A program made the translations under genes and the position numbers. The notes under the pieces are model-generated. The model searched no databases, was not told the origin of the DNA, and was given only the letters and a program-made list of their open reading frames with translations. Positions 50,527 to 63,302 of a DNA stretch of 64,000 nt are shown here, piece by piece. Source of the DNA: Chiloscyllium plagiosum. Taxonomy: Eukaryota. The stretch covers positions 47,231,227-47,295,226 of the forward strand of contig NC_057719.1 in NCBI RefSeq assembly GCF_004010195.1, in the 5' to 3' direction. Each line of letters begins with the position of its first letter. Position 1 is the first letter of the stretch.

Positions 50527-52854
50527 CTGGAAAAAAAACTTAAAGTCAGCATGTTTTATTATATTTGCTTTTGCACCAAAGCAAAAAAACACCCCTTGGA
50601 TTTTTAAAAATTATTAGAACTCCTCTAGGACAAATCAGTTATTAAAGCAATAGATATTTAGTAAGCAGTCCTCAGGAATTCCACATATGTGGGCCATGTA
50701 ATGATGCCCCGTAAACTATCATTGTTTTACATCTGGAGACTCGACCTCAAATCCAGCCTATGCAATGGACTGAATTTTTCCGCATCTAAAGGTTCCAAGT
50801 AAATATTTGAATAATCTCAATTTTCTAATTTTCTCAATCAAGTTTCTAATGAATGAAAGTCCATAAAACTAAGCATAATCCAGCACCAATCGTCACCAAA
50901 GTAATAGTCTCAAAACCACAAGAATTGAAAGAACTTTACACTGCCTTTATTTCATGCCACATTTTTCATGCAAAATGTGTCATTCCCCAGCATTGCTTAC
51001 AATACGGGAAAATAAATTGGTTCACATCTGATAAAGACAAAAACAAACTTCAAGGAATCTTAGGGGTAATGAACAAATCCATCTTTCGAATAAACATTTA
51101 CATATCCTGTCCAAGCTGCACGTTTATTGACAGGGATGCATTCAGAACAATGGGTGCAACACATGATGCAGAACTATTTCAAAAAAACAATCCCATACAA
51201 ATTCCATAGATATTACAAAGCATGAACAGGAATACCAGTTTGGAAAAAAGCAAGGTATGCAGCAGCCACGTGACATGCAAGTTTAAGAAATTAGAAATTA
51301 TGATGTTATTTTCTAAAATAGTTAAAATATATGTAGACTTTAATACTGCAATCATTTAAAGTCCTTTAATCCCTACAGCACTGTTTCATCCAGGCACAAT
51401 CATGATCCCATTTCAAATTTGACAAAAGGAAAAACCTGTGTCAAGAGCTGATGGGCCTAAAATCATGTCAATCTTCAAACTTCGAAGATTGAGTTGGCAG
51501 GACTTGTAGCTCAGGAACAAAAAGGCTACATGCTTCAATTTTCTTTAAAGTAAAAAATTGAAAGCAACACTTTAAGAATACAGGACAGAGGGGAGAAAGC
51601 AAGAGAAGTGAAACATTTAGAATATTTTTTAAACGTAGAACACATTCTTCTCATTCAAATACGTCAAGGAGAATTTTATGCTTACATGAAGGATATCAAT
51701 TCCAGCAAGTGGAATATTTTTGTTATGTTGTGCTCTAATTTCAATATCAAACATTCCAAAGTCTGATACTACTAATCAGCTGGAGAGCAAAGCTTCCTTC
51801 AATCTGTTTTATCCTCTATCCCCACTATACCTGTTTTAATCATTCCATTTTTCAGTCACCTTTAGAGTACCCACGTGGGGTGTGTTTACCAACTTGAGAA
51901 TGATTTTTGCTCTGGGACTTTAAAGGATATAGTAAACCAGTTGAGTTTTACAACTGCGGTCACCATTAAGCTTTTATTGCATTGAAATTTCATAATCTGT
52001 CATGGTGGGATTCAAGTCCATATCATCAGAAGTTTAACTTTGGGTTCTACTAATCCATAGACAGCCCCAAGGCAGCCTTAATATAGAGCCTTAGCATAAA
52101 AGTACATATCATATTCCAAGTTATTGCCATGCACCAATAATCACACAGAAGTCTTTGATTTTCATGGTATTCTGATCGTAAGCCAACATCAGTTAAACTT
52201 TTCAGAATGAAATGGTTACTTCCAAACAATCCTTTTCTTTAAAAATATGGCTTGAGAAAGAGCATAGCAGCATGGAATTTTGGTTACCTGTCTTAATAGA
52301 CAGCTTTACACCAGAAAAATGGAAATTGGCAGTTAGTACAGGTTCTACCAAATTAGAAGCTATCTTTTATTCATTCACAGGATGATCACTTCCTGAGCCA
52401 TCATTTACTTCCTTAGCTGACCCTGAGATGGTACTGGTGAACTGCCTTCTTGAAACGTTAAAGTCCATTTGTGTAGGTATACCACAATGGCATCAGGGTG
52501 GAAATTCCAGAATTTGACCCAGCAACACTGAAGAAACAAAGGTATGTCTAAATCTGGACAATGAGTGGCTTGAAGGAGTACTTGCAGTAGAATTCAATGA
52601 TTGACACTGTTGGGATATATTTCAGGTGGTTTAGTTTCATATATGTCAAGTTTCTTCCTATATATTCTTGGGGGATGTTGGATATTGTAGCAAGTAACAT
52701 TTTACGCCACATAAATGCTAGACAATGACCATCTCCAATAAGAGACAACCTCATTATTGCCCATTGACATTCAATGGTGTTACCATCACTGAATCCCCCA
52801 TTAACAACATCCTGGGGGGTTTCCATTGATCAAAAATTCAACTGGACTCACTAT

Positions 52855-53440
52855 GTAGAGTCATACAGCACAAAAACAGGGTCTTCAGCCCAACTCGTCC
52901 AAGCCAACCAGGTATCCCAAACTGAACTAGTCACATTTGCCTGCATTTAGCCCATATCTCTCTAAACGTTTCCAATCCATGTACATGTCTAAGTGTCTTT
53001 TAAATGTTGTAATTGTACCCACCTGTACCATTTTCTCTGGCACTCTATATATCTCTCTCACACACACACAAACCTCTTGTGTGAACGGTCCCTCTTCAAT
53101 TTTGCCCCTCTCACCTCAACTTACGCTCTCTAGTTTTGGATTCCTCTACCCTGGGGAAAAGCCTTTAGCTATTTATCTTACCTATGCCCATGATTTTACA
53201 AAATTTGTATAAGGTCACCCCTCAGCCTCCTAAATTTCAGGGATAAAAAGTCTGAGCCAATCCAGCATCTCCTTATAACTCAAACCCTCCAATCTTGGTA
53301 GCATTCTTCTAGATCTTTTTTGCATCCACTTCAGTTTAATAACATCCTTCCAATAACTAGGCAACCATAACTGTATGCAGTACTCCAAATACTGCCTCAC
53401 CAATATCTTGTACAGCCATAACATGACATCCTAACTCACC
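52855..53440 (-). mobile_element. CR1 LINE 3' fragment
   Basis: LYKILVRQYLEYCIQLWLP... Confidence 0.8.
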
Positions 53441-53442
53441 AT

Positions 53443-53790
53443 GGGGTGGCACGGTGGCTCAGTGGTTAGCACTGCTGCCTCACAGCATCAGGGACCCGGG
53501 TTCAATTCCCACCTCAGGCGACTGTCTGTGTGGAGTTTGCACATTCTCTCCGTGTCTGCGTGGGTTTCCTCCAGGTGCTCCAGTTTCCTCCCACAATGCA
53601 AAGATGTGCACGTTAGGTGAATTGGCCATGCTAAATTACCCATAGTGTTCTGGGATGTGTAGGTTAGGTGTATTAGTCAGAAGTAAATGTAGACTAATGG
53701 GGAATGGGTTTGGGTGGGATACCCTTCAGAGGTTAGTGTGGACTTGTTGGGCCGTAGGGTCTGTTTCCACACTGTAGGGATTCTATTCTA
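53443..53790 (+). mobile_element. HE1-like SINE
   Basis: GGGGTGGCACGGTGGCTCAGTGG, GGTTCAATTCC, (ATTCT)n tail. Confidence 0.88.
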
Positions 53791-54268
53791 TAAATACAGT
53801 GGCTGCAAGAGTAGATTTGAGGCTAAAAATACTGCGGTGAGTAACTTACTTCCTGAATCCCAAAGGTCTGTCCACCATTTACAAGGCACAAGTCAGGAGT
53901 ATAATGAAATACTCCCCACTTGCCTAGGTGGGTGCAGCTCCAACAACATTCAAGAAGCTTGACAACATCCATGACAAAACAGCCACTCCCTCCACCACAG
54001 ACACACAGTAGCAACGGTATGTACTATCAAGGTGCACTGCAGAAATCATAAAACATCCTTAGACAGCAGGTCAAAACACAGTACTTCCCTCACTTAAGGG
54101 CACTGTGGGTCTACCTGCAGCACATTGACTGCAGTGGTTCAAGAAGGCAGATCACCATCATCTTCTCAAGGGCAACTAGGAACAGACAATAAATGCTGTC
54201 AAGCCAGCAATGCCCACGAGTGAATGAAGAACTTTGACAAGGTGATATTTGCTACTCCTCCATATTAT

Positions 54269-54589
54269 TTAGATTTAGATTACTTACAGTGTGAAAACAG
54301 GCCCTTCGGCCAAACAAGTCCACACCGACCCGCCGAAGTGCAACCCACCGAGACCCATTCCCCTACATTTACCCCTTCACCTAACACTATGGGCAATTTA
54401 GCATGGGCAATTCACCTAACCTGCACATTTTTTGGACTGTGGGAGGAAACCAGAGCACCCAGAGGAAACCCACGCAGACACGGGGAGAATGTGCAAACTC
54501 CACACAGTCAGTCGTCTGAGGTGGGAATTGAACCCGAGTCTCTGGCGCTGTGAGGCAGCAGTGCTAACCACTGTGCCACCGTGCCACCC
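54269..54589 (-). mobile_element. HE1-like SINE
   Basis: Reverse complement has box A/B and the same core. Confidence 0.88.
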
Positions 54590-54722
54590 ACACAAATGAC
54601 TTTGTTACATAGTGTGAGACAAGATTCATCAACAGTCTAGAACAACAGATAGAGACTGCAATTTCTCCTCCACAAAGGGCAGACTGAATTTTAAAACTTC
54701 TAATCTGGGAAGATTCCTGGTT

Positions 54723-55607
54723 GTGGATGTCGGTTTGCTCACTGAGCTAGAAGGTTAATTTTCAGAGGTTTCATCACCATACTAGGTAACATCATCAGTG
54801 AGCCTCCAGTGAAGCACTGGTGTTAGTGACCCGCTTTCTATGTGTGTGTTTAGATTTCCTTGAGTTGGTGGGTACCCAATGAACGTGGTTTGGTGATTTC
54901 TCAGCAACAAACCTAAAGCAGACAAAACACGTCCAGAAACTCTAGCCACTCTCCCCCTACATCAAAGACATGTCTGAAATGTCTGCCAGACTACTCAGAT
55001 CTCTTGGCACCATGGTAGCCCACAAACCCACCAACACACTAAAACAACAGCTAATGAACTTGAAAGATCCCATACAGACAACAAGCAAAACTAATGTCAT
55101 CTACAAAATAGCTTGCAAGAACAGTAACAAACACTACATTGGACAAACAGGCAGAAATCTAGCCACCAGGATACATGAACATCAACTAGTCACAAAAAGA
55201 CCCATATTCTCACTAGTATCCTTACATACAGATGAAGAGGGACACCACTTCAACTGGGACAACACGTTCATCCTGGGATTTGCCAAACCGATTCACGTAC
55301 GAGAATTCCGAAAAGCATGGCATTCCAACTGGATTTCAATCAATAAACACACCGACTTGGACCCCAATTACCGCCCTCCAAACAAAAGAACAGGAAATGC
55401 CATCACCATAGGACATGACATCACCAACCCAAGGAAACCTAAACACAAATCGAAAGCAGGTCACTAACACCAGTGCTTCACCGGAGGCTCACTGATGATG
55501 TTACCTCGTATGGTAACGAAATCTCTGAAAAACGAACATTTCAGCTCAGTGAGCAAACTTACATCCAGAACCTCAACCTGAGCTAGAAATCTTCTCAAAA
55601 CTAGCTA
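54723..55607 (+). mobile_element. Penelope-like element: GIY-YIG endonuclease remnant (54970-55467) between inverted pseudo-LTRs, each with a decayed hammerhead
   Basis: NVIYKIACKNSNKHYIGQTGRNLATRIHEH; hammerheads at 55489-55528 (+) and 54762-54801 (-); 10-bp TSD ATTCCTGGTT. Confidence 0.9.
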
Positions 55608-55699
55608 ATTCCTGGTTATTTTCTGGCAGTGACTCAAATTTATTGAATTCAATTTCATAACTAGCTACAACAAGGTTTGTTTGCTACTCCTGCAATATA

Positions 55700-58293
55700 C
55701 TACCAGACCAGGAAAAATAGGAGAGGCAAGAGAGGAAGCACAGTGGTGTTTCTGGTTAAGGAAAACACTATTCCTGTAATTAGAGAGGATATTTCTGAGG
55801 GATCATCCAGTGAAACTATATGGGCATAAATCAGAAATAAGAAAGGGATGATCACCTTATGGGATTGAGTGTCAAGGAAAATTGAGGAGCAAATATGTGG
55901 AGCGATCTCAGATACATGAAAGAATAATGGAGTTGTAATAGTAGGGGACTTTAAATTTTCAAACATCAACTGGGACTGCCATAGTGTTAAAAGCATTTGT
56001 TAAATGTGTTCAAAAATATGTTCTTTGCCATGATGTAACTGCACTTACCAGAAAAGGAGCAAAACTTAATCTTCTCTTCAGCAATAAGGCAGTGCAAGTG
56101 ACTGTAGTGTTAGTAGGGGATCACTTTGGGTCTCGTGATCACAATTCTATTAGTTTTAAAATAGCTATGGAAAAGGATGAGCATAAAAGTTAAATTTCTT
56201 AATTGGAGTAAAGCAAATTTAATTAGCCAAGAACTTTTACAAGTTGATTGGAATAGACTGTTCACAGGTAAAGAGACAAGTGGAAAGTGGGAGGCTTTCA
56301 AAAGTTTGATAATGAGAGCTCAGAGGCATTACATTGATGTTAATGAAGGGTAAGGCTGATAAGAGTAGGGAACAATGGATCAATAAAGATATTGAGGTTC
56401 TAGTCAATAAAAAAAGAATCATACATTAGGTAAAGAAAATGGGGATAAAATGAATTTCTCTTTAAGAGTATAAACAGTGTGAAGAATTCTAAAGAGGGAA
56501 ATCAGGAGAACAAAGAAGGGATATGAGATAGCCTTGGCAGATAAGATTAAGGGTAATCAAAAAAGATTCTACAAGTACTTTAAAAGCAAAAGAGCAACAA
56601 GACAGAGAATAGGGCCCCTTAAAGATCAATGAAGTTATTTATGTGCTGAACGTCAGGAGATAGGAGCGATACAAAATGAATATTGCGGGTCAGCTTTTAC
56701 TGTGGAGAAAGAAATGGAGAAGTTGGGGAAATAAATATTGATGCTTTGAAAACAGTTCACATTATAGAAGAGGAAATGCTGGAGGTCTTAAAAAGCATAA
56801 AGGTTAATAGGTTTCCAGTACCCATACAGGTGTATCCCAGACCTGTGGGGAGTTAGGGAAGAAATTGAGTGGGCCATTGCAGAAATATTTGTGTCAACTA
56901 CAAGCACAGGTGAAGTGTCAGAGGACTGGAGGGTAGTTAATGTTGTACTTTTATTTAAGTAAGGCTGTAAGGAGAAACCTAGGAACTATAGATCTGAGAG
57001 CCTGACATTGGTGGTGAGTAGGTTGTCGGAGGGGATTCTGAAACATAGGATTTACATACATTTGAACAGGCAAGGGCTGATTAGGGGTAGTCAACATCAT
57101 TTTGTCTGAGGGAAACCTTATCTCACAAATTTGATTGAATTTTTTGAGGAGGTAACCGAAAGATTGATGAGGGCAGAGCAGTAGACATCGTTTATATGGA
57201 CTTTAGTAAAGCCTATGACAACGTTCCACATGGTAGACTAATGAGTAAAGTTAGATGACATATGATTCAGGGTGTGCTTGTCAATTCGATACAAACTGGT
57301 TTGACAGTAGGAGACAGGAGTGATGGTGAAGGCTTGTTTTCAAACTGAAGTCTGTGACCAGCGGTGTTCCACCAGTACTGGGTCAACCTTTGTTTGTCAT
57401 TTATATAAATTATTATTTGGATGAGAAAATAGGAAGCACGGTTAGTAATTTTGCAGGTGGTATAGTGAACAGTGAAGAGGATTACCTAAGATTACAAAGA
57501 GATCTTGATTAATTAGGTCAATGGGCTGCAGAGTGGCAAATGTTAGGTATTGCATTTTGGTAAAACAAAGAAGGACTGGACTTACATTATTAATGGTAGA
57601 GCCCTGGGTAGTGTTGTAGAACAGAGATTGATGGGGTCATGTACATAATTCTTTGAAATTTGTGTCACAGGTAGATAAGGTCGTTAAGAAGGCATTAAGC
57701 ACACATGCCTTCATTGCTCAGACCTTTGAGTACAGGAGTCGGGACATCATGTTGAGGTTGTACAAAATGTTAGTGAGGCCTCATCTGAAGTACTGTGTGC
57801 AGTCACCCTACTATAGGAAGGATATTATTAAATTGGAGAGGGTTCAGAAAAGATTTGCCAGGATGTTGCAGGGACGGAGGGCTTGATTTATAAAAATAGG
57901 CCGGGACTGCAGCGTAGGATGTTATGGGGTGACCGTAGAGAGGTTTATAAAGTCATGAGGAGCATAGATAAGGTGAATACCAAGGGTTTTGTCCCCTAGG
58001 ATGGGGGTGTTCAAAATAGGGGGACACATTTTTAAGGTGACAGGACAAAATTTTAAAAAATACTTGAGGAGCTACTTTTTATTTTAAACACAGTAGTTTG
58101 TGTGTGGAATGAACTGCCAGAGGAAATTATCAGTGCAGGTATACCTAAAATATTTAAAAGACATTTAAATAAGTATATGAATTGGAAAGGTTTGGAGAGA
58201 TAGGGGCCAAACGGAGGCAAGTGGGAATATTTTAGTTTGGGAACGTGGTCAGTGTGGACTACTTGCACCAGTCTGTCTCCATACTGTATGACT
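55700..58293 (+). mobile_element. Long decayed CR1 LINE (endonuclease through RT to 3' UTR)
   Basis: VIVGDFKFSNINW, YMDFSKAYDNVPHGRL, LYKMLVRPHLKYCVQ; many frameshifts. Confidence 0.88.
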
Positions 58294-60543
58294 CGTTCAG
58301 AACATGAGGAAAAAGAACAGAAAAATAAGCCAACAGAACTAGGGATGAAGGACAATGGCAGGGAATATGTGTAGAGCATAAAAATCAGCACAAAACCATT
58401 TGGGCTCCAATAGCCGGCTTCTGTGCTCAAATCTCTCTGCAATATAATTCAATGAAATACAAAATTCCAAACCCATATCAAATAACTGTCTCCCTACATA
58501 AAAAGCAGAAAGATGCAAGTAGTGGTTCAGTAGATAAATGCAAGACAACATCCAGCAGAGCAGTAAGCTCTTTCCAGATCAATCCCAGGACAACTGTTTC
58601 TATTTCTTAGTCATGGTGAAAGAAAGAAACAGCAAATTTGAATGGATAACAATAAATGAACTGTTTCAGAGGAGGTACGGAATAAATTACTCAAATGGTG
58701 AAACAATGGCTAAGTCACTTTCTTTGGGAAAAAAAAACAAGTTAACAACTAGAATCCTGACAATGTATTTACACTATACGTTTTTTGCCAAGGTAACAGA
58801 AACTGAAGATTTAATTCATTTTTAAGACAAGGATATCACTGGCAAGGACGGATTTTTTAAAAAGTCTCACTAGTTCCCCAAGGTACCAACTTGACACAAC
58901 TCACTGGATTGTTTAGGCAATTCATGGCATAAGTAAAAGGCAAACATGTTGATGAGACTGGAATCACATACTGACCAGCCAGAGTCAAAGCAACAAACCA
59001 GATGGAGTGGAAGGAGGGAGAAAGGAGGGGTAACAGGAGGAAAATCTCCTACCACAAAGCATTCAGTCCTCATGGTCCTAAGTTATCTTCCAGCAGTAGC
59101 TATGGCCTTCACTATGGACTACCAAATGCGAGAGATGGCCTCTGATTGGTCAGAGTGGGACCTCTGCCCAAGTAGCCCACTATCGTGTGAAATGCCTGAT
59201 TGGAAAAAGGCATTCCAAGCTTCCTGTGAAGAGACTGTTCACAGGAAATCGCTTCCTCAATTGAATGAGACGCCAGGCACAAATTGAAAATTCTGAGTTT
59301 TAAAACAATCATAAAACTTGCAGATTTTAAATTTTAAAGATTGTACAAGAATAATATTCTAGAGTTGCGCAAGATATTGCATACAGAAGGTTCATGTGGA
59401 AATTCAAACTAAACAGGTCAAGAGGACACTGACTCAGCATGTATAAAGCAAACATAGGTCATGCAACAGATGGAATTAAACTCCAGATAGAGGCAGGGAG
59501 GCAAACACTCAGGATTCTTTGAAGAAACAACTGCAGATCACAGTTATGAGCAGAAAAGGAGAACTTGACATGTTTTTATGGCTGGATGAATGAATATTGC
59601 CAAACTGACCCTTATTCTACAATTCTATTGACTTGTGAATAGTGTTTCAGCCAATAAACTACAAATTAAAAGGTTGCCATTTTGCTAGCATATATGATTA
59701 GAATTGACCATATGACTGTTCAATAATTAACTAATATATATTCTCAATGTATCTTTTTATTCATTGAAAGATTGCCAACCAAAATCTCAATATTGAGATA
59801 AATACTGATCACCAACAATAAACGTTCCACTTTATGCACAAGAACGTGCTTATATGCTTGATGATGCCAGGTGGGTCATTTACAATAGTCTTTCAGTTAA
59901 GCAACTTAAGCAACTGAAGTTGAGATTCTTTAACCATTCCAAAGGATTTATTACATTGTTAAAAATTACAACAGTTGAGCTTGTAAAAGTTTAACACACA
60001 CTGCATGCTTCAATTTCAAGATGATTTCTGATTCCAAATCCTAAATTATTTGATGATACAATCAGCCCTGACAGTGTGGTTTACAAATTAAAATGTAATT
60101 GTAACACCCCAAAACTATGGGTTTTCTTTCCAATGCAGTACTAAGCCAATTTCTTTGAAAATGTGAACAGGTTTTCATTTTACCCCATATATTGTCAATT
60201 ATGATCTGAAAGACATTCACATATGACCTCCAGGAAAAAGGTATTAAAACAAAAGGCATTTTAACTAGAAGTTAGTACGAACCTTTAATGCCAATTTGAC
60301 TCTTTTAATCTTTTTGACCTTTACAACTGTCTTTGTGCCGAAAAAATGACAAAAGCAGATTGAAAGAATGTTAGTATGACAGCTGACAAGATCATTGCAG
60401 ATTAATAACAGTCAGAATACAAAGCAGAGCAAGCGTGAATCAATAGACTCAAATAAAAAGTCCTCTAAGTAGAAAAAACTGGAAGTCTAGATATAAAGCA
60501 AAATACTTAGCCATAAATATTTAAAATAATCTCATTCACTTAC

Positions 60544-60612
60544 AGGATTGAGTGTATTACATTGGTCTATAGGATTCTTGTAGTCAGTCTTCAGTTCATC
60601 AAATGCTATAAT
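60544..60612 (-). CDS. CNIH1: CNIH1 exon 2 (69 nt)
   Basis: IIAFDELKTDYKNPIDQCNTLNP; TTTCAG/GTAAGT boundaries. Confidence 0.97.
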
Positions 60613-61214
60613 CTGAAAAACAGTACATCGCATAAGGGCGCAATTTAATTGTGGATTTCTTCATTTGCAATTGCACAAACTGTTTGACCTAGATTATTCA
60701 TCAAACTAAAAAATATATATCCAATGTAATCTTTATTATATTCCACTCTTTCTACTAAGGATTTTAAATGCGAAATGAAAAATACATTGCATGCATCAAA
60801 AAGTTGTAATAACCACCCTTACACTTGGCAAAATTTGAGTATGCGGTACGGAATTAATCAGTATGTTGACAACAATTGAATAGTCTGGCAACAATCAACC
60901 CAATTCTCTGAATGTATTCAAAGAGAGCAAGAGCATTAGAAATGATTATTGTTTTCAATAAGACGACCGGATTGAGAAGATATTTCAGAGGCTTCGTGAG
61001 AAAGAGAGAAATGGGCTCCTTGTACGGAAGGACCGCCCGGACACCCTCCCTCAGTGCCGGCCTCGGGCCTGATAACTAGGGCCAACCGGCAAATCTACCG
61101 CCATCAGCTTCTCCCCTCCCCCTCCGAGTCAGCAGAAATCGCCTGAGCAAAAGTCTGGACGCTCTTTTAAAACTCGAAACAGATATAAAATCGTATATCA
61201 TTTTCGTAACTCAC

Positions 61215-61295
61215 ATGCCAAATGGCGAAAAATATGAGTGCGGCGGTGAGAAGCAGCGCCAACATGTAACAAAAGGCCGCGAAAGTAAACGCCAT
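61215..61295 (-). CDS. CNIH1: CNIH1 exon 1 coding part
   Basis: [27 protein letters not shown]; Kozak context AAGATGG; donor GTGAGT. Confidence 0.98.
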
Positions 61296-61375
61296 CTTGG
61301 GTCCGTCCAGGCAAGCACCCGGCGCGATAACGTCAGCACGTCAAGGCCAGGCCCCACCTCACGTCATCCACACGA
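61296..61375 (-). promoter_or_regulatory. CpG-rich CNIH1 5' UTR/core promoter with three TGACGT (CRE/UPRE-like) sites
   Basis: ACGTCA at 61330, 61338 and 61361; YY1-like AAGATGGCG spans the ATG; CpG-rich patch about 60960-61375. Confidence 0.65.
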
Positions 61376-61377
61376 TT

Positions 61378-61900
61378 AATATTGATGAGGAGGTGCTGGT
61401 GTTGGACTGGGGTGTACAAAGTCAAAAATCACACAACACCAGGTGACAGCTGAAAATGTGTTGCTGGAAAAGCGCAGCAGGTCAGGCAGCATCCAAGGAG
61501 CATTCTCCTGTTCCTTGGATGCTGCCTGACCTGCTGCGCTGTTCCAGCAACACATTTTCACCCCTGTGTTCTCTGTCTATGCCATGATGTTTAGATTGAT
61601 TCTAATCTAAAAAGTGAGATAACAGAGTTTTACATTAATTCATGCAGTTTTTGAGCTCAGAGGTCTTGTGTGTCCGTGTGTATGTGTGTATAGGAGTGCC
61701 TTTGTGTGTGTGAGAGTGTGTGTGTGTGTGTAGGAGTATCTGTGTGTGTGTGTATAGTGCAATGGTGGTCACCTGTAATGTGACATGAACCCAAGGTCCC
61801 AATATTGATGAGGAGGTGCTGGTGTTGGACTGGGGTGGACAAAGTGAAAAATCACACAACATCAGGTTATAGTCCAACAGATTTATTTGCAAGTGCTAGA
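61378..61900. mobile_element. Cluster of PLE-derived fragments directly upstream of CNIH1
   Basis: Direct repeats at ~61378-61445 and ~61801-61900 of the 3954 family; fold-back element at 61448-61560; (TG)n tract at 61670-61755. Confidence 0.75.
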
Positions 61901-62124
61901 TTAACATTGACCTGGACCCAGGGATATCTTCCCTGCTCTGTTTTATGATAATCCTGTGGGATATGTTGACTCAGATGCTAATATTGACTGGCCTCAGGGG
62001 TATCACCCCTGCTGTTCTTAACATTGACCTGGACTCAGGGGTATCTTCCCTGCTCTGCTTTATGATAATCCTGTGGACCACGTTGACTGAGATATTAATA
62101 TTGACCTGACCCTAAGGATTTCAT

Positions 62125-62215
62125 ATCCTGATGAAGAGTTTATGCTTGGAACGTTGACTCTCCTGTTGCTCGGATGCTGCCTGACCGGCTATGCTTTTCC
62201 AGCACCACAAACTTC
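62125..62215 (+). mobile_element. PLE-derived short element with degenerate hammerhead
   Basis: cctgatgaagagtttatgcttggaacgttgac followed by the same body as 18187-18316. Confidence 0.65.
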
Positions 62216-62244
62216 GACCCTAGGATATCACCACTGCTCTGCTT

Positions 62245-63302
62245 TAGAGTCATAGAGATGTACAACACGGAAACAGACCCTTCGATCCAACTCGTCCATG
62301 CCAACAGATATCCCAATCTAATCCCATCTGCCAGCATCCACCCCATATTCCTCCAAACCCTTCCTATTCATATAGCCATCCAGATGCCTTTTAAACGTTG
62401 CAATTGTATTAGCCTCCATGGCTTCTTCTGGTAGCTCATTCCATACAAGTACCACCCTCTGCATGAAGAAGTTTGTATCTTTCCCATCTCACCCTAAACC
62501 TAGGCCCTCTAGTTATGGACTCCCCACCCCAGGGAACAGACTTTGTCTGTTTATCCTATCCATGTCCCTCAAATTTATAAACCTCTATAAGGTCATCCCT
62601 CAGCCTCCGACGCTCCAGGGAAAACAGCCCCAGCCTATTCAACATCTCCGTACAGCTCAAATCCTCCAATCCTAGCAACATCCTTGTAAATCCTTTCTGA
62701 ACCCTTTCAAGTTTCATAACATCTTTCCAATTGGAAGGAGACCAGATTTGCACACAATATTCCAAAAATGGCCTAACCAATGTCCTGAAGACAGCCGCAG
62801 CATGACCTTCCAATGCCTGTACTCAATACTCTGACCAATAAAGGAAAGCATACCAAATGCCTTCTTCACTATTCTATCTAACTGCGACTCTACATTCAAG
62901 GAGCTATGAACCTGCACTCCAAGGTCCCTTTGTTCAGCAAGACTCCCTTGAACCTTGCCATTAAGTCCCTAAGATTTGTTTTCCCAAAATGCAGCGCCTC
63001 GCATTTATCTAAATTAAGCTCCAACTGCCACATCTCAGCCCATTGACGCATCTGATCAAGATCCCACTGTAATCTGCGGTAACCTTCTTCGCTGTCCACT
63101 ACACCTCCAATTTTGGTATCATCTGCAAATTTACTAACTATAGCTCTTATGCTCACATCCAAATCATTTATATAAATGACAAAAAGTAGAGGACCCAGCA
63201 CTGATCTTTGTGGCACTCCACTAGTCACAGGTCTCCAATCTGAAAAACAACCTTCCACCATCACCCTCTGTCTTCTACCTTTGAGCTAGTTCTGTATCCA
63301 AT
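62245..63302 (-). mobile_element. CR1 (HER1-like) LINE 3' portion
   Basis: [22 protein letters not shown]...SKFADDTKIGG. Confidence 0.92.

Noticed and set aside
54970..55467. 165-aa GIY-YIG ORF as a domesticated gene
   Set aside because: It lies within a truncated TSD-flanked PLE, has substitutions at normally conserved positions, and shows no independent gene structure.
58946..59287. 113-aa ORF containing MAFT, like the CNIH1 N-terminus
   Set aside because: Only a four-residue coincidence, on the opposite strand within intron 2, with no further similarity.
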